Assembly: GCA_964584265.1 (NCBI GenBank) | Contig: CAZOZI010000007.1 | Location: 1 to 38,844, forward strand | Reading direction: 5' to 3' | Length of the DNA: 38,844 nucleotides | From: an uncultured Candidatus Saccharibacteria bacterium | Lineage (GTDB): Bacteria > Patescibacteriota > Saccharimonadia > Saccharimonadales > CAYVSP01 | Shown here: piece by piece, positions 1 through 9,692 of the stretch | How positions within the stretch are numbered: the stretch's first letter is position 1 | Layout of the letters: every line of letters begins with the position of its first letter | Notes under the pieces: model-generated | Databases searched by the model: none | The model's input: the letters and a program-made list of their open reading frames with translations, nothing else | What the model was told of the DNA's origin: nothing | Position numbers and translations under genes: made by a program

Positions 1-860
1 GTATCTTCGTCAACTATAAAGTCACCAAGTACTGAGTCTTCTTCGTCGTCGCGCACGCTCGCGTCAAGACTGGAAATATCCTGCTTAATTTTCATGATGT
101 GCTCGACTTTATCAACGTCAATTTCCATAGCCTGGGCGATTTCTTCATTGGTTGGCTCGCGGTTCAACTCTTGAGTCAAACGGCGTTGGGTGCGAAGTAA
201 TTTGTTGATTGTTTCCACCATATGGACAGGAATACGAATAGTGCGGGCTTGATCAGCAATAGCACGCGTAATAGCTTGGCGAATCCACCACGTTGCATAG
301 GTCGAAAACTTGAAGCCTTTGTCTGGATCAAACTTCTCAACTGCTCTAAGCAGTCCTGTATTGCCTTCTTGAATTAGATCCAGCAGGTCCAAGCCACGGC
401 CCACGTAGCGTTTTGCAATGGATACCACCAGACGCATGTTAGCCTCAGCCATCTTGTCTTTAGCACCCTTGTTACCAGCGACAACTTTTTTGGCCAGAGC
501 GAGCTCTTCTTCGGCAGATAACAGTGGTATTTTACCGATTTCACGCAAGTATAAACGCACTGAGTCGTCAGCAATATCGTCTAGATAAACCTGCTCTTCA
601 ACTACAATCTCTTCAGAGTCATCTGTACCCCATTCATCAGACTCCGGCTCATTAGCACCGACAATCTGCAAACTGGCGTCTGCTAATTCCGTGTACAGAG
701 CATCTAAAATATCAACATTTTCCGGAGTGTCCGGGATACTCTTAAAGATCTCACGTTGGTCGATCTTACCATCTTTTTTAGCCTTATCGAACAACTCTTG
801 TTTAGCGGTTTCTAAAGCATGGGCATCATGCGTATCATCAGCGACTGGATCATTTGCCAT
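1..860 (-). CDS. rpoD: RNA polymerase primary sigma factor (sigma70), 3' end runs off the window
   Basis: Manual minus-strand translation from ATG 860 (AAGGAG SD upstream) gives [93 protein letters not shown]. Directly follows dnaG. Confidence 0.97.
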   Translation of the reverse strand, partial: MANDPVADDTHDAHALETAKQELFDKAKKDGKIDQREIFKSIPDTPENVDILDALYTELADASLQIVGANEPESDEWGTDDSEEIVVEEQVYLDDIADDSVRLYLREIGKIPLLSAEEELALAKKVVAGNKGAKDKMAEANMRLVVSIAKRYVGRGLDLLDLIQEGNTGLLRAVEKFDPDKGFKFSTYATWWIRQAITRAIADQARTIRIPVHMVETINKLLRTQRRLTQELNREPTNEEIAQAMEIDVDKVEHIMKIKQDISSLDASVRDDEEDSVLGDFIVDED

Positions 861-2652
861 CATCTATCTCCTTGGTTGCATTGTGTAATAATTTATCGAG
901 TGCTTTAGCTTCTGTAAGCAGCTTATCAACATCAGGCGAATGAGCCCCTTGCATGGCTGCAGCTAAGCGTTGTTTTTGTGAGTTCACGTATTTACTAATC
1001 AATCGGGCCTTCAGGCGAGTGGCTTCATAACGAAGCTCTAGTGTCTCGAGGTCCTGATATAATTCTTCGAATATTACTCCTAACATTTTAACATAATCCT
1101 CTAAGTTTCGCCACGATGTGGCCTGCTTTTCGCTCTCATGTGACATTTGCGTAAAGTAAGCACTTGCCTGTTCCGGAGTTGCCGTTTTATGAGTTTTTAA
1201 ATATTCATTTAACACTTGGGCTGGTTCATCAATAAGCATGTTGGGCTCAATAGTACTTAAGTTGTCACGAAAGTCGGCTCTGAGTAAACATATGGCAAGA
1301 AGATGGTTTTGTGTTTTTATGAGGTCGGCCGCTTGGTGAGTAGTCTGTAGCGGCTGAGTGCGTTTGCGGGGCTGGCTCGTATTACTTCGGGCAGTTCGGG
1401 ACAATTTTGTTTCCAGCGCGACCTTACTCACCCCAATAATGCGGGCAATTTCGGTAATGTAGTGATCTTGTTCAACACTATCAGGTAGAGCCCGGATGGT
1501 TTTGAGAAGCACATCACTAAAGGCCCGTTTGCCAGGGGCACTGTTGAGATCCAGCCGAGTTTTATACTGCTCAATCAGCCAGTCAATTACATAAGTTGGC
1601 TTTTCAATGGCAGCTTTCCATTTTGACGTATCTTGCTTAATGAGCTCATCTGGATCTTTGCCGCTAGTCAGATCAATAATGCTCAAATTAACATCGACTT
1701 TGGCAGCAATCGGGATGGCACGCTCAGTGGCTGCAATGCCGGCCTCATCTTGGTCAAAACATAAACGTACATCATCAGTAAAACGCCGCAAACCCTTGAG
1801 GTGAAACTCGGTTAAAGCTGTACCGGCTGTGGCGACAGTTTGGCTCACCCCAGCTTGATGGCTGGCAATAACATCAAGATTACCTTCAACCACTACCGCG
1901 TAGTTGGACTTACGAATCCCCTCCTTGGCTAAATGCAAACCAAAAATGTGGCGGCTTTTATCATATAGTAGCGTCTGAGGTGTATTTATATACTTAGGTG
2001 CTTTGGGGTCATCTTCAAGCAGCCTCGCAGTGAATCCAATAACGCGTCCAACAGGGTCCATTAGCGGCACCATGAGCCGTCCTCGGAACATATCGCTCGT
2101 TTGGTTATACCTTTGCGAAACCAAACCGGATTGCTTAAGTTCGGTTTCACTAAAACCTTTTTGTCTCAAAAATGTGTTCAGTGCACTGCCCGTATTTGGC
2201 GAATAGCCCAAGCGGAATTTTAGAGCCGTTTCTTTACTGTAACCCCTGTTTTTTAAAACATACTCTAACGTCGTGCGGCTCTTACTGAAGTGAACCTGGT
2301 AAAACTTAGCTGCCAGCTCGAGCACTTGATAGAGACGCTCTTTTTGCTTGCTATTACCGTCTCCGCGTTGATATTGGCTCAAGTCAATGTTTGCTTTACG
2401 AGCCAAGAGCTCAAGTGCAGTCTTAAAGTCCAGTCCTTCCATTTCCATGACAAAGCTGAACATGTTACCACCCTTGCCACTACTAAAATCGTGCCAAATT
2501 TGTTTTTCCGGGCTCACCATAAAGCTAGCAGTCTTTTCACTGGTAAATGGGCTTAAGCCCTTGAAGTTGTGCCCCGAGCGTTTTAACTCCAGATATTCGC
2601 CAACCACATCTTCAATAGCGAGGCGTTGCTTTATATCATCTACCGCATCCAT
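850..2652 (-). CDS. dnaG: DNA primase
   Basis: Zn-binding-like N-terminus ([11 protein letters not shown]...[10 protein letters not shown]), [40 protein letters not shown]. Start placed at MDAVDDIK (2652) rather than the ORF-track 2802, which overlaps the upstream gene. Confidence 0.96.
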   Translation of the reverse strand: MDAVDDIKQRLAIEDVVGEYLELKRSGHNFKGLSPFTSEKTASFMVSPEKQIWHDFSSGKGGNMFSFVMEMEGLDFKTALELLARKANIDLSQYQRGDGNSKQKERLYQVLELAAKFYQVHFSKSRTTLEYVLKNRGYSKETALKFRLGYSPNTGSALNTFLRQKGFSETELKQSGLVSQRYNQTSDMFRGRLMVPLMDPVGRVIGFTARLLEDDPKAPKYINTPQTLLYDKSRHIFGLHLAKEGIRKSNYAVVVEGNLDVIASHQAGVSQTVATAGTALTEFHLKGLRRFTDDVRLCFDQDEAGIAATERAIPIAAKVDVNLSIIDLTSGKDPDELIKQDTSKWKAAIEKPTYVIDWLIEQYKTRLDLNSAPGKRAFSDVLLKTIRALPDSVEQDHYITEIARIIGVSKVALETKLSRTARSNTSQPRKRTQPLQTTHQAADLIKTQNHLLAICLLRADFRDNLSTIEPNMLIDEPAQVLNEYLKTHKTATPEQASAYFTQMSHESEKQATSWRNLEDYVKMLGVIFEELYQDLETLELRYEATRLKARLISKYVNSQKQRLAAAMQGAHSPDVDKLLTEAKALDKLLHNATKEIDDGK

Positions 2653-2728
2653 AAAACTAGTATATAGGTAATAGCTTAGGGGTACATAGTTATGCTTAAG
2701 GTAGCGATGGAATTGGCTATTTAAACTA

Positions 2729-3289
2729 CTAAGCTGCTTGTAAAGCCGCGTGTAAATTATCTCTTGACTGTTGGGTACGTGGATCACTGGCTGGTACATC
2801 AATCATATCTTTGACTCTACCCTCGTTACCGCCTATACCGATATCATAAGGCACTTCAACTAGTGCACCACTTGGCAAGTATTCGACTCGAAGACGGTCA
2901 GTAGTTTTATAATACCCTTCAGTTGGCACCTGTGTTTCGGTTTCAAAACTTACGCCTTCCCCCCAAGTCTCCTTCCCGTAGCTATCATGTTCTCTTGTGG
3001 CAGCAGTATGAGCTGTTTCTATAATTCTTTGGCCTGAACCAAGAGTAACAATTCTCCTAACAGTTTTGCCGTCTTCTCCAAATCGAAACCATTCACCACT
3101 ATCGGCATCTCCACTAGTTTCAGCACGCGCTATTACGTCAGCAATGAGTGTTTTGACATCAACTGGCTGTTGTGTGACTTCCTTGTTTTCGGGGCTTGAA
3201 CCTAGAGCGAGATTACCAAGAGCTCGTTTTTTGCGGTCTTGTGTTTCGCTTGTAGCTTTGGGTTCGACTGAGCTTGCCGTTTCTGTCAT
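2729..3289 (-). CDS. hypothetical protein (186 aa, acidic)
   Basis: Long ORF with AAGGA-containing A-rich leader and a consensus promoter; no recognised domain. Confidence 0.75.
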   Translation of the reverse strand: MTETASSVEPKATSETQDRKKRALGNLALGSSPENKEVTQQPVDVKTLIADVIARAETSGDADSGEWFRFGEDGKTVRRIVTLGSGQRIIETAHTAATREHDSYGKETWGEGVSFETETQVPTEGYYKTTDRLRVEYLPSGALVEVPYDIGIGGNEGRVKDMIDVPASDPRTQQSRDNLHAALQAA

Positions 3290-3335
3290 TTTATTTTCTT
3301 TCCTTTTGATTTGGGTGTTTACAAATCTTGATCAT

Positions 3336-3364
3336 ATATTAGCAAATTATTGCTATTTTGTCAA
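3336..3364 (-). promoter_or_regulatory. sigma70 promoter TTGACA-17-TAATAT (extended -10 TG)
   Basis: Minus strand reads TTGACA aaatagcaataatttgc TAATAT, about 45 nt upstream of ATG 3289. Confidence 0.75.
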
Positions 3365-3418
3365 TATACTTATGGTTATCTGTTTTTCTATTCTCTGTTC
3401 CCTGCTAGAATAATGCTT

Positions 3419-4033
3419 ATGCCTCCAGCTTCATCATCTCCTTCACCACCGTCTAATTACGATTTTATCCTGAACCATAACCAGGCTCCTAAGCGCTCTA
3501 TAATCCCGGGTGCCGGCAGTTCTAAAAAACAGCGCATCATATTTCTGGCGATTGGCGCCGCTGTGTTGCTAATATTGACCGTACTACTTGTTAATTTACT
3601 ATCCGGTGGTAAAAGCAAGACACAGACATTACTACAGATTGCCCAAACCCAAGAAGAATTAATAAGGGTGAGTACGCTTGCTAGTACCAAAGCTTCTTCG
3701 CTTCAGGCGCGGTCTTTGGCAATTACAACGCAGCTTAGTATGGAATCGTCGCAGAAAGATATAATCGCCCAGCTTAAAAAGCAGGGTCAGAAAACAAATG
3801 CTAAGATTCTAGGCGTCGCAAAAAACAGCAAAACCGACGCCACTTTAGCAACGGCAGCTACTGATAATCGCTATGACGAGGCTTTTTCTCAGATTATGCT
3901 CAGTAGCCTGAGCGATTACCAAAAACTTCTTAAGGCTGCTTTTAGCGAAACAAGTGGCCAGCAGCTCAGGTTAACGCTTACCAATGACTACGCGGCAGCT
4001 GGGTTATTGATAGACTCAAGTAAGAGCAGCTAA
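3419..4033 (+). CDS. membrane-anchored hypothetical protein (single TM followed by a helical domain)
   Basis: YDFILN segment, TM IIFLAIGAAVLLILTVLLVNLL, then a helical extracytoplasmic region. ATG 3419 is 7 nt after TGcTAGAAT. Confidence 0.75.
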   Translation: MPPASSSPSPPSNYDFILNHNQAPKRSIIPGAGSSKKQRIIFLAIGAAVLLILTVLLVNLLSGGKSKTQTLLQIAQTQEELIRVSTLASTKASSLQARSLAITTQLSMESSQKDIIAQLKKQGQKTNAKILGVAKNSKTDATLATAATDNRYDEAFSQIMLSSLSDYQKLLKAAFSETSGQQLRLTLTNDYAAAGLLIDSSKSS

Positions 4034-4493
4034 AGTTCTTTTTCAAAGAACTCAAATTATCTTCTTTCCAAGAAGCAATGTCTTGCTACTTTTTGCCGAA
4101 AAAGTAGCACAAAAGCTCTCAGGCAACAAAAAAACATGACTGTTCGCATATACCAGGTAAGGCTGTGCGGTAAAGGACTCCTTTACAGTCGGTCTCGTTC
4201 TTTTTCTTTTAAGGAAGCGAGCTCAACTATCTTTACCGCAGCGATTTAGCCTTGCCTGATTACTTACATTCAGTTTTTCAGAGCCTGAACTTACCGGCTC
4301 TGGAGGTTTCTGATTAAGCGAATGTCTAGCGTACAACAAAAGCGAAGGAGATGTTTGAACGAATGTGAGTCCTCCGGAGCGTTGCACGCCTAGACAATGA
4401 GCTCATCAAGAACCGGAAGTCGCCGGTTGTTTCTTTGCTACCAATACTAGCAACCAAAGAAAGATAGTCACAGAAGCTACGAAGTAGCTGTGA
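4034..4493. repeat. ~460-nt multi-hairpin intergenic element (structured RNA or palindromic repeat)
   Basis: Stems: TGCTACTTTTT/AAAAAGTAGCA (4084-4109); CAGGTAAGGCT/AGCCTTGCCTG; TGCGGTAAAGG/TCTTTACCGCA; TGTCTAGCGTACAAC/GTTGCACGCCTAGACA; TTTCTTTG/CAAAGAAA; AGCTAC-GAA-GTAGCT. No ORF. Lies between convergent genes. Confidence 0.6.
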
Positions 4494-4500
4494 AAAATCT

Positions 4501-4845
4501 TTAAGAAAATTCTGGTATTTCAGAATCAGTTTTTGTCACCAAATCATAGCTATGGCGAATGAGCGCCTGAACTTCTCCCCACGGCAGCTGACCACTCAGT
4601 ACAATGGTGTTCCAGTGTTTTTTATTCAGATGATAGCCTTCCATAACTGTTTCATATTTTTTGCGTAGTAGTTGGGCAAGCTGCGGATCGCATTTTAGGC
4701 TTATTCTAACCGGCCTTTTCTTTTCAGCAATCAAAGCAAACATTTTGTCTCCAGCTTTATAAACCGCCACATCCTCGCCAAACGGATAATCCAAGCGCGC
4801 ATTCGGCATACTCAGGATATATTCTTCAGCCATTTTGTGGTCCAT
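4501..4845 (-). CDS. MmcQ/YjbR family DNA-binding protein
   Basis: YPFGEDVAVYK...KMFAL...ISLKCDP...GYHLNKKHWNT...LIRHSYDLV. Confidence 0.92.
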   Translation of the reverse strand: MDHKMAEEYILSMPNARLDYPFGEDVAVYKAGDKMFALIAEKKRPVRISLKCDPQLAQLLRKKYETVMEGYHLNKKHWNTIVLSGQLPWGEVQALIRHSYDLVTKTDSEIPEFS

Positions 4846-4864
4846 AACGACCAGCATATCAGCT

Positions 4865-5107
4865 CTATGAATGGATGTCAGGGTGGAATGTTACTGGTTC
4901 AATCATGGCCGAGGCCTTAGCAACTAATCGGCGTGCCTCTTGAGGAACTTCTATCCGCCTTGCAGGGAAAATTCTACCATTTTCACCTACCACAACAACC
5001 CCTAAATCAGTTGCAGTCCCGTAAATCTCAGATGCTGTTTTGTCAGCTGATATATGTTGCCTGCTCTGCTCATCGTCAGGAGGCAGTTCAATTCCATTTA
5101 GTCCCAT
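4865..5107 (-). CDS. small hypothetical protein (~80 aa)
   Basis: ATG 5107 preceded by AAGGAAAAAGAA. TTGACA at 5171-5176 upstream; the ORF-track TTG start is that -35 box. Confidence 0.55.
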   Translation of the reverse strand: MGLNGIELPPDDEQSRQHISADKTASEIYGTATDLGVVVVGENGRIFPARRIEVPQEARRLVAKASAMIEPVTFHPDIHS

Positions 5108-5211
5108 TTCTTTTTCCTTTTTCCTAAGCTTAGTTTGCTTGTTTTCTATATTTATCCTATGGTTCGTTTTTGTCAACCGCAGTTATGCACTATTCATGAT
5201 AGGACTCTGCA

Positions 5212-5310
5212 TTTGGATGCAGTACAAGGAAGCAACGAGAACCGAGCGAGTCGTATACAGACATACGATGAGCGAGGCTCACAGGAAGCTGACGCCGTAA
5301 TGCGCCAAAA
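5212..5310 (+). repeat. structured intergenic repeat, copy 1 (ERIC/RPE-like core)
   Basis: TTGGATGCAGTACAAGGAA (5213-5231) is identical to 35185-35203. TGACGCCGTAATGCGCCAA is 18/19 identical to 35261-35279. Apical GAG-TCGTAT-acagac-ATACGA-TGA hairpin. Confidence 0.8.
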
Positions 5311-5336
5311 GCCGCGGCAGTTTGTGTCTGGCTTGG

Positions 5337-5909
5337 CTAGGCAGCAGGCCGCGGTGGCGCAGAGTTCTTATTAAACCAGTCTAGATAGTGTTGAAGCTCA
5401 GCAATTGAGGCTTGAATATCATCGAAAGCACGGTGTACTTCTTTCTTTTCATAAACCACCCCGAATTTGCCTTGCATGAAGACTTTCCAGGCGCTGACGT
5501 CGAGCATACGGTAATGCAGCTTCAGATCCAGTGCTGGCATCCATTGTTTGATAAACAAACGGTCGTTATAAATTGAGTTGCCAGCTAGTACTGCCAATTC
5601 ATCACCAAAATGCTTGTTCACCAGTTGTAGTAGTTCGTTTTCTACATCTTTGAGCGGCTTCCCTTCCTCAATGCTTTTAAGAAAACCATCGCGGTTGGCT
5701 GGAAAATCTTTCCACCAAGTATTAGCCTGCATGCGCGTAACCACAGTTTCACGCTTTTGCTGCACGCTGGTTTCATAAGATTCCAGTGTTTTAAGATCAA
5801 AGTCAGTTATTTCAGCCGCCACTTCCAATATAACGTCCTGCTTGGGCTCCAAGCCTGTCATCTCGAGATCAACCCATAATAGTTTGGTCGGAAATACGTC
5901 ACTCGCCAT
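5337..5909 (-). CDS. orn: oligoribonuclease
   Basis: LLWVDLEMTGL, LAGNSI..DRLFI..MP.L...LHYRMLDVS, HRAFDDI (DEDDh exonuclease motifs). Confidence 0.95.
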   Translation of the reverse strand: MASDVFPTKLLWVDLEMTGLEPKQDVILEVAAEITDFDLKTLESYETSVQQKRETVVTRMQANTWWKDFPANRDGFLKSIEEGKPLKDVENELLQLVNKHFGDELAVLAGNSIYNDRLFIKQWMPALDLKLHYRMLDVSAWKVFMQGKFGVVYEKKEVHRAFDDIQASIAELQHYLDWFNKNSAPPRPAA

Positions 5910-5953
5910 TGCATATCATTGTAGCAAGATAGAGGGTCGAAAACTGCGGTTTG

Positions 5954-6988
5954 TTAATATATCTTTCCTTCGGTATTAATTTCACCAACAAAGTTGCGGT
6001 TCATAACCTCTTTAACGGATTCATACGGTACATGTTTAATTGCCCACATAAATTTGACAATAGTGCATTCAATAGACATATCATGTGCTTGTATTACGCC
6101 AGCTTTAAGTGCCTTAGTGCCTACATCATCCATGTGCATCAATGTAGCTCCTTCCATACATTGTGTACTTACGACCACTGGTATTTTTCTTTTTTTGAGG
6201 TGCTCTAAAATATTCAAGTAGGCGTACGATATGCCGCCAGCTCCATAACTACGCAAGATTACACCACTAATACCTTCGTGTAGGCTCGCCTCCAGTGCAG
6301 TCGGATTCATTTGCGGAAAGAGCGTGATGACTGCAATATTGTCATCAAAGCCAGTTTGCAGATCAAGCGGCCTATCATGTCTAGGTTGATGATCATCAGA
6401 CAAACGTATGTTCAAACGGATTTCGCCCAGGTCATCCCAATTAATTGTTTCAAATGCATCGAGTCTCGATTCTGAAACCTTTGAGGCACGTGCTCCTAAA
6501 ATAATTTCTTCATCGAATACAATCATCACACCTGAAATATTGAGCGTCGCTAGCCTAATAGCGTTGACGAAATTGCGCCTTGCGTCAGTTTCTATTTGAT
6601 CTCCAGGAATTTGCGAACCGGTGAGAACAACCGGCTTGCCCAAATTTTGCAACGTGAACGACAAAGCACTGGATGTATAAGCCATTGTGTTCGTGCCGTG
6701 TGTTATAACGAACCCATCATAGTTATCGTATTTTTTATCGATAATTTTAGAAATTCTATCCCAGTGTTTAGAGGTTATGTTGGTGCTATCGATATTATCT
6801 ATATATTCAATAGTAATGTCTGCAATATCGCTGATATTGGGTTCAATCCTAAGCAAATTTCTGATGGCCCGCTGTTTGCTTGCCATATCCAAAATACCTT
6901 CTTTGGTCTTTTCCATGACGATGGTTCCGCCACAAAACAGAATCAATACCTTGGGTAAACGTGTGATTGGTTTGCGTGTCTTAACCAT
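5954..6988 (-). CDS. ansA: type I L-asparaginase-like protein
   Basis: GGTI motif, NIDSTNI, THGTNTMAYT, KPVVLTGSQIP, DARRN. ATG 6988 follows an AAGGAG SD. Confidence 0.88.
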   Translation of the reverse strand: MVKTRKPITRLPKVLILFCGGTIVMEKTKEGILDMASKQRAIRNLLRIEPNISDIADITIEYIDNIDSTNITSKHWDRISKIIDKKYDNYDGFVITHGTNTMAYTSSALSFTLQNLGKPVVLTGSQIPGDQIETDARRNFVNAIRLATLNISGVMIVFDEEIILGARASKVSESRLDAFETINWDDLGEIRLNIRLSDDHQPRHDRPLDLQTGFDDNIAVITLFPQMNPTALEASLHEGISGVILRSYGAGGISYAYLNILEHLKKRKIPVVVSTQCMEGATLMHMDDVGTKALKAGVIQAHDMSIECTIVKFMWAIKHVPYESVKEVMNRNFVGEINTEGKIY

Positions 6989-8168
6989 GACTAACTCCTT
7001 CATTATTATTGACTGTCAAAGACTCGAGTTCCTCGATGTTGACATTTATCAGGCTATGCTTGCCTCCTAAAATTGAATCCATATCCTCGGTAAGTTCGTA
7101 CATTCCATAGAGCATGAAGGTAGCAACTAAAACAGCTACCAAACCTACTAAGCCTGGTAACAGAAAAGCGAGCAGAATTATGTAGAGTATGGTCACTTGG
7201 TGAAGTAGCACATCATAGACTCTGGGAGTAATGCGAGTTTTTTTGCTTAATACATAGCTAGCGTCTTTACTAATATCCCCATAAAGCGTCGTCAGTTCTG
7301 CCGGGTTAGGTTCTATTTTCACGATAGCACCGTATAGTTTTTTGTCGGCAGTTAATATTAAGTAGTTATTTGCTTGAGGATTCTTCAATATTTCTAGAAA
7401 AACACCCGCCCATTGTGCAACGACTTTTTTGCCTATACTCGCTTTGCGGTGATTGAGTATTGTCGCCAGTGCTGTTAGCTTGCCATAAATATTGGTAATT
7501 GTCTCTTCGATGTTCAGAAATTTGTTGTAGGATACCGCAATTTTTTGGGACAAAATAATACCCAAAGCCGAACCCATAGTGCCGAGTAAATTGGTTAGGT
7601 CTGGTGCGATAAACCATAGATGGTGCATTTCGAGTACCCAGATAACACCTTTCAAAATACCAAATATTAAAAGTATGGGGAAAATGACTTCTAAAATGGA
7701 GTCTTTGAAGACGAAAAATTTTTTGATAAAGCGACTATATTCAAATAATTTCAAAATCCTGAGCAGACGACTTAGACGCAATAGCCTTAACAACCTGATT
7801 TCCTGGGTAGGTATAAAAACTTGCAAAAGCAATTCAACGTAGTTCGGCAGTACAGCTAGTAGATCAATTATGTTCCTTGGCTTCTTAACAAATGCCCACT
7901 TTTTCGGTGCTGAGATGAATCTCAACAAATACTCGATGGTAAATGCAACCAGTATTATCAAGTTGAGAACATGGAATTGCCCTGTGTGCCGTTGGTAGAG
8001 GCCATCACTAAATAATTCAAGCAGAGTTATTATTACCGAGCTAAAAATCAATACGGTAATGAAACCCTGAACCATATAGGCCCAGACGGTATTGGGATGT
8101 TCAAAGAAGCTGTTAATCTTTTGAAGCATCTGTTTATTGATTAATCGTTGTATCTTCATAGTAATCAT
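6981..8168 (-). CDS. ion-transport voltage-sensor (S1-S4) domain fused to a second membrane domain, possibly bestrophin/DUF4239-like; no K+ pore filter
   Basis: FTIEYLLRF (S2), NIIDLLAVLP (S3), Arg-repeat S4 RLLRLLRLSRLLRILK. No TxGYG motif. About four further TM segments with a soluble helical insert. Confidence 0.7.
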   Translation of the reverse strand: MITMKIQRLINKQMLQKINSFFEHPNTVWAYMVQGFITVLIFSSVIITLLELFSDGLYQRHTGQFHVLNLIILVAFTIEYLLRFISAPKKWAFVKKPRNIIDLLAVLPNYVELLLQVFIPTQEIRLLRLLRLSRLLRILKLFEYSRFIKKFFVFKDSILEVIFPILLIFGILKGVIWVLEMHHLWFIAPDLTNLLGTMGSALGIILSQKIAVSYNKFLNIEETITNIYGKLTALATILNHRKASIGKKVVAQWAGVFLEILKNPQANNYLILTADKKLYGAIVKIEPNPAELTTLYGDISKDASYVLSKKTRITPRVYDVLLHQVTILYIILLAFLLPGLVGLVAVLVATFMLYGMYELTEDMDSILGGKHSLINVNIEELESLTVNNNEGVSHG

Positions 8169-9598
8169 TTCTTGTGCTTAGGCCGTCGGCGTTTCCGACG
8201 TGCTGAACTGGGAATGCGAATTTCCGCAGACTCAGAAGCATCATCGTGGCTAGCAGTTTCAATCCATACCGGCGCTTCCGCTTCCGGTGGTAGACCCAAA
8301 TCACGACGTGCATCCTGCACCATTTGGCGTCTTTTATCTAAATAGACTTGGAGATCTTTGCGCACCAGTATGCCCAGATCGTCAACACTCAGGTCAAACG
8401 GCAGCGAATAATTCTCATCAAGTAATCTTTCTAGCGATTGTGGTTGATGCCCGTGCTCAGCGCTCTGTCTATCAAGCCGGCGCGCTTTATCCTTATTTCT
8501 AGCCAGTCGTTTGGCATTTTCATCTCGACGCCTCTCTTCACTGATGCCTTGGCGGTTTTGCCTAAGTTCTTCCAACGCTTGGTCAAGCAGACCATCAGGT
8601 TCTAATATGTCCTCTCCAACCAAGTTTTTGCCAATTTTGTCGATCATCTTCGAGACCGCTTCTGGCAAGTTATTTAATTCAAACTCCAGGAAGAATGCTT
8701 TCAGGCCTTCACTGGTATCACCGAGCATATAAATAATGTCGCGTTCGTGTGTACGACTACCGTGGCGAGCTTTATTGAACGCATTTATCGTTAAGGCTCC
8801 TAGGCCAGCCAATGCTATTACGTGTGGTGGCCACTCCAGCTTGCTCAACATTGCTTCTTGCTGTCCGCGCAGCGCTAAGTCAGCCGCGATGGCTGTGCCA
8901 AAATAGGCACCCATAATACCAGGACCTAAAAAGCCGAGTATTGCTGCCGATCTTTTTTCCTTCATCTTATCTAGTTCACGCCAGACAGGCAGTAACGCTG
9001 CAAAGACCGTACCTATTGGATAGTACAGACCGGTGTCAAACCGACTTTCTCCAAATGACATGGTAGAAAACGTTGCTAACGCAGCCATGCCTGTTAGAAC
9101 AGTTCGTTTAGCATGAGGACTATCAATAAATTCATCAATGCTTGCTGAACGACGATCTGCAAAGCTGCCCGGAGTTTGATGAAACGTTTTAGCCGCTTTA
9201 GCCGCTGCCAGCATAGGAAACAGCGAGAAAACACCGGCTGCTATCAGCGCGGCTTGCTCTCCAGTATCAAACGAATTAAACCAATCTCTGGCTTCGTCAA
9301 ACTTGCTCGTCTCATGAATATCAGCTTCTGTGGATGGCGTAACGACTGTGGTTGCCACATGATCTGATATTTGCTCAACCACGGCTACATCGTGCGGTAC
9401 AAATGCCTCATGTGCAGCGTAAAGCCCGCTACCAATGAGACTAGCCCGCATAAGAACAGGCGCCAATTTCTTGGCTATTCTCATGAACGGACGCCTTGTT
9501 TCTGCAGCAATTACAAGTTGACCCCCGTTGGTTTCCGCTGATGACAGCGACAAACTGTTAGGGGCGTTCGGGTATAAATTACCTCTACCATTATCCAT
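8165..9598 (-). CDS. multi-pass membrane hypothetical protein with coiled-coil and basic C-terminus
   Basis: Several hydrophobic helices, charged helical tail, terminal RRKRRRPKHKK. Stop overlaps the next start (ATGA). Start placed at MDNGRG. Confidence 0.7.
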   Translation of the reverse strand: MDNGRGNLYPNAPNSLSLSSAETNGGQLVIAAETRRPFMRIAKKLAPVLMRASLIGSGLYAAHEAFVPHDVAVVEQISDHVATTVVTPSTEADIHETSKFDEARDWFNSFDTGEQAALIAAGVFSLFPMLAAAKAAKTFHQTPGSFADRRSASIDEFIDSPHAKRTVLTGMAALATFSTMSFGESRFDTGLYYPIGTVFAALLPVWRELDKMKEKRSAAILGFLGPGIMGAYFGTAIAADLALRGQQEAMLSKLEWPPHVIALAGLGALTINAFNKARHGSRTHERDIIYMLGDTSEGLKAFFLEFELNNLPEAVSKMIDKIGKNLVGEDILEPDGLLDQALEELRQNRQGISEERRRDENAKRLARNKDKARRLDRQSAEHGHQPQSLERLLDENYSLPFDLSVDDLGILVRKDLQVYLDKRRQMVQDARRDLGLPPEAEAPVWIETASHDDASESAEIRIPSSARRKRRRPKHKK

Positions 9599-9642
9599 AA
9601 CGAACAGTAGTAAAACATCATTGTTGCAAATTGTAAAAATAC

Positions 9643-9670
9643 TTGCATAATTGTTCAGATTTGCTATAAT
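9643..9670 (+). promoter_or_regulatory. promoter TTGCAT-16-TATAAT with overlapping palindrome
   Basis: TTGCAT 9643-9648 and TGcTATAAT ending 9670. TGCATAATTGTTCA (9644-9657) is an imperfect palindrome. Confidence 0.55.
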
Positions 9671-9692
9671 GTGTTTAGAATTAAACATATTT

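Noticed and set aside
2653-2802. 50-aa N-terminal extension of DnaG in the ORF track
   Set aside because: Overlaps the upstream gene. A -10 box sits 6 nt before ATG 2652, where primase homology begins.
4034-4493. Identification as RNase P RNA, tmRNA or SRP RNA
   Set aside because: No GAGGAAAGUCC, tRNA-like CCA end or SRP GGAA/AGCAG motif seen on either strand.
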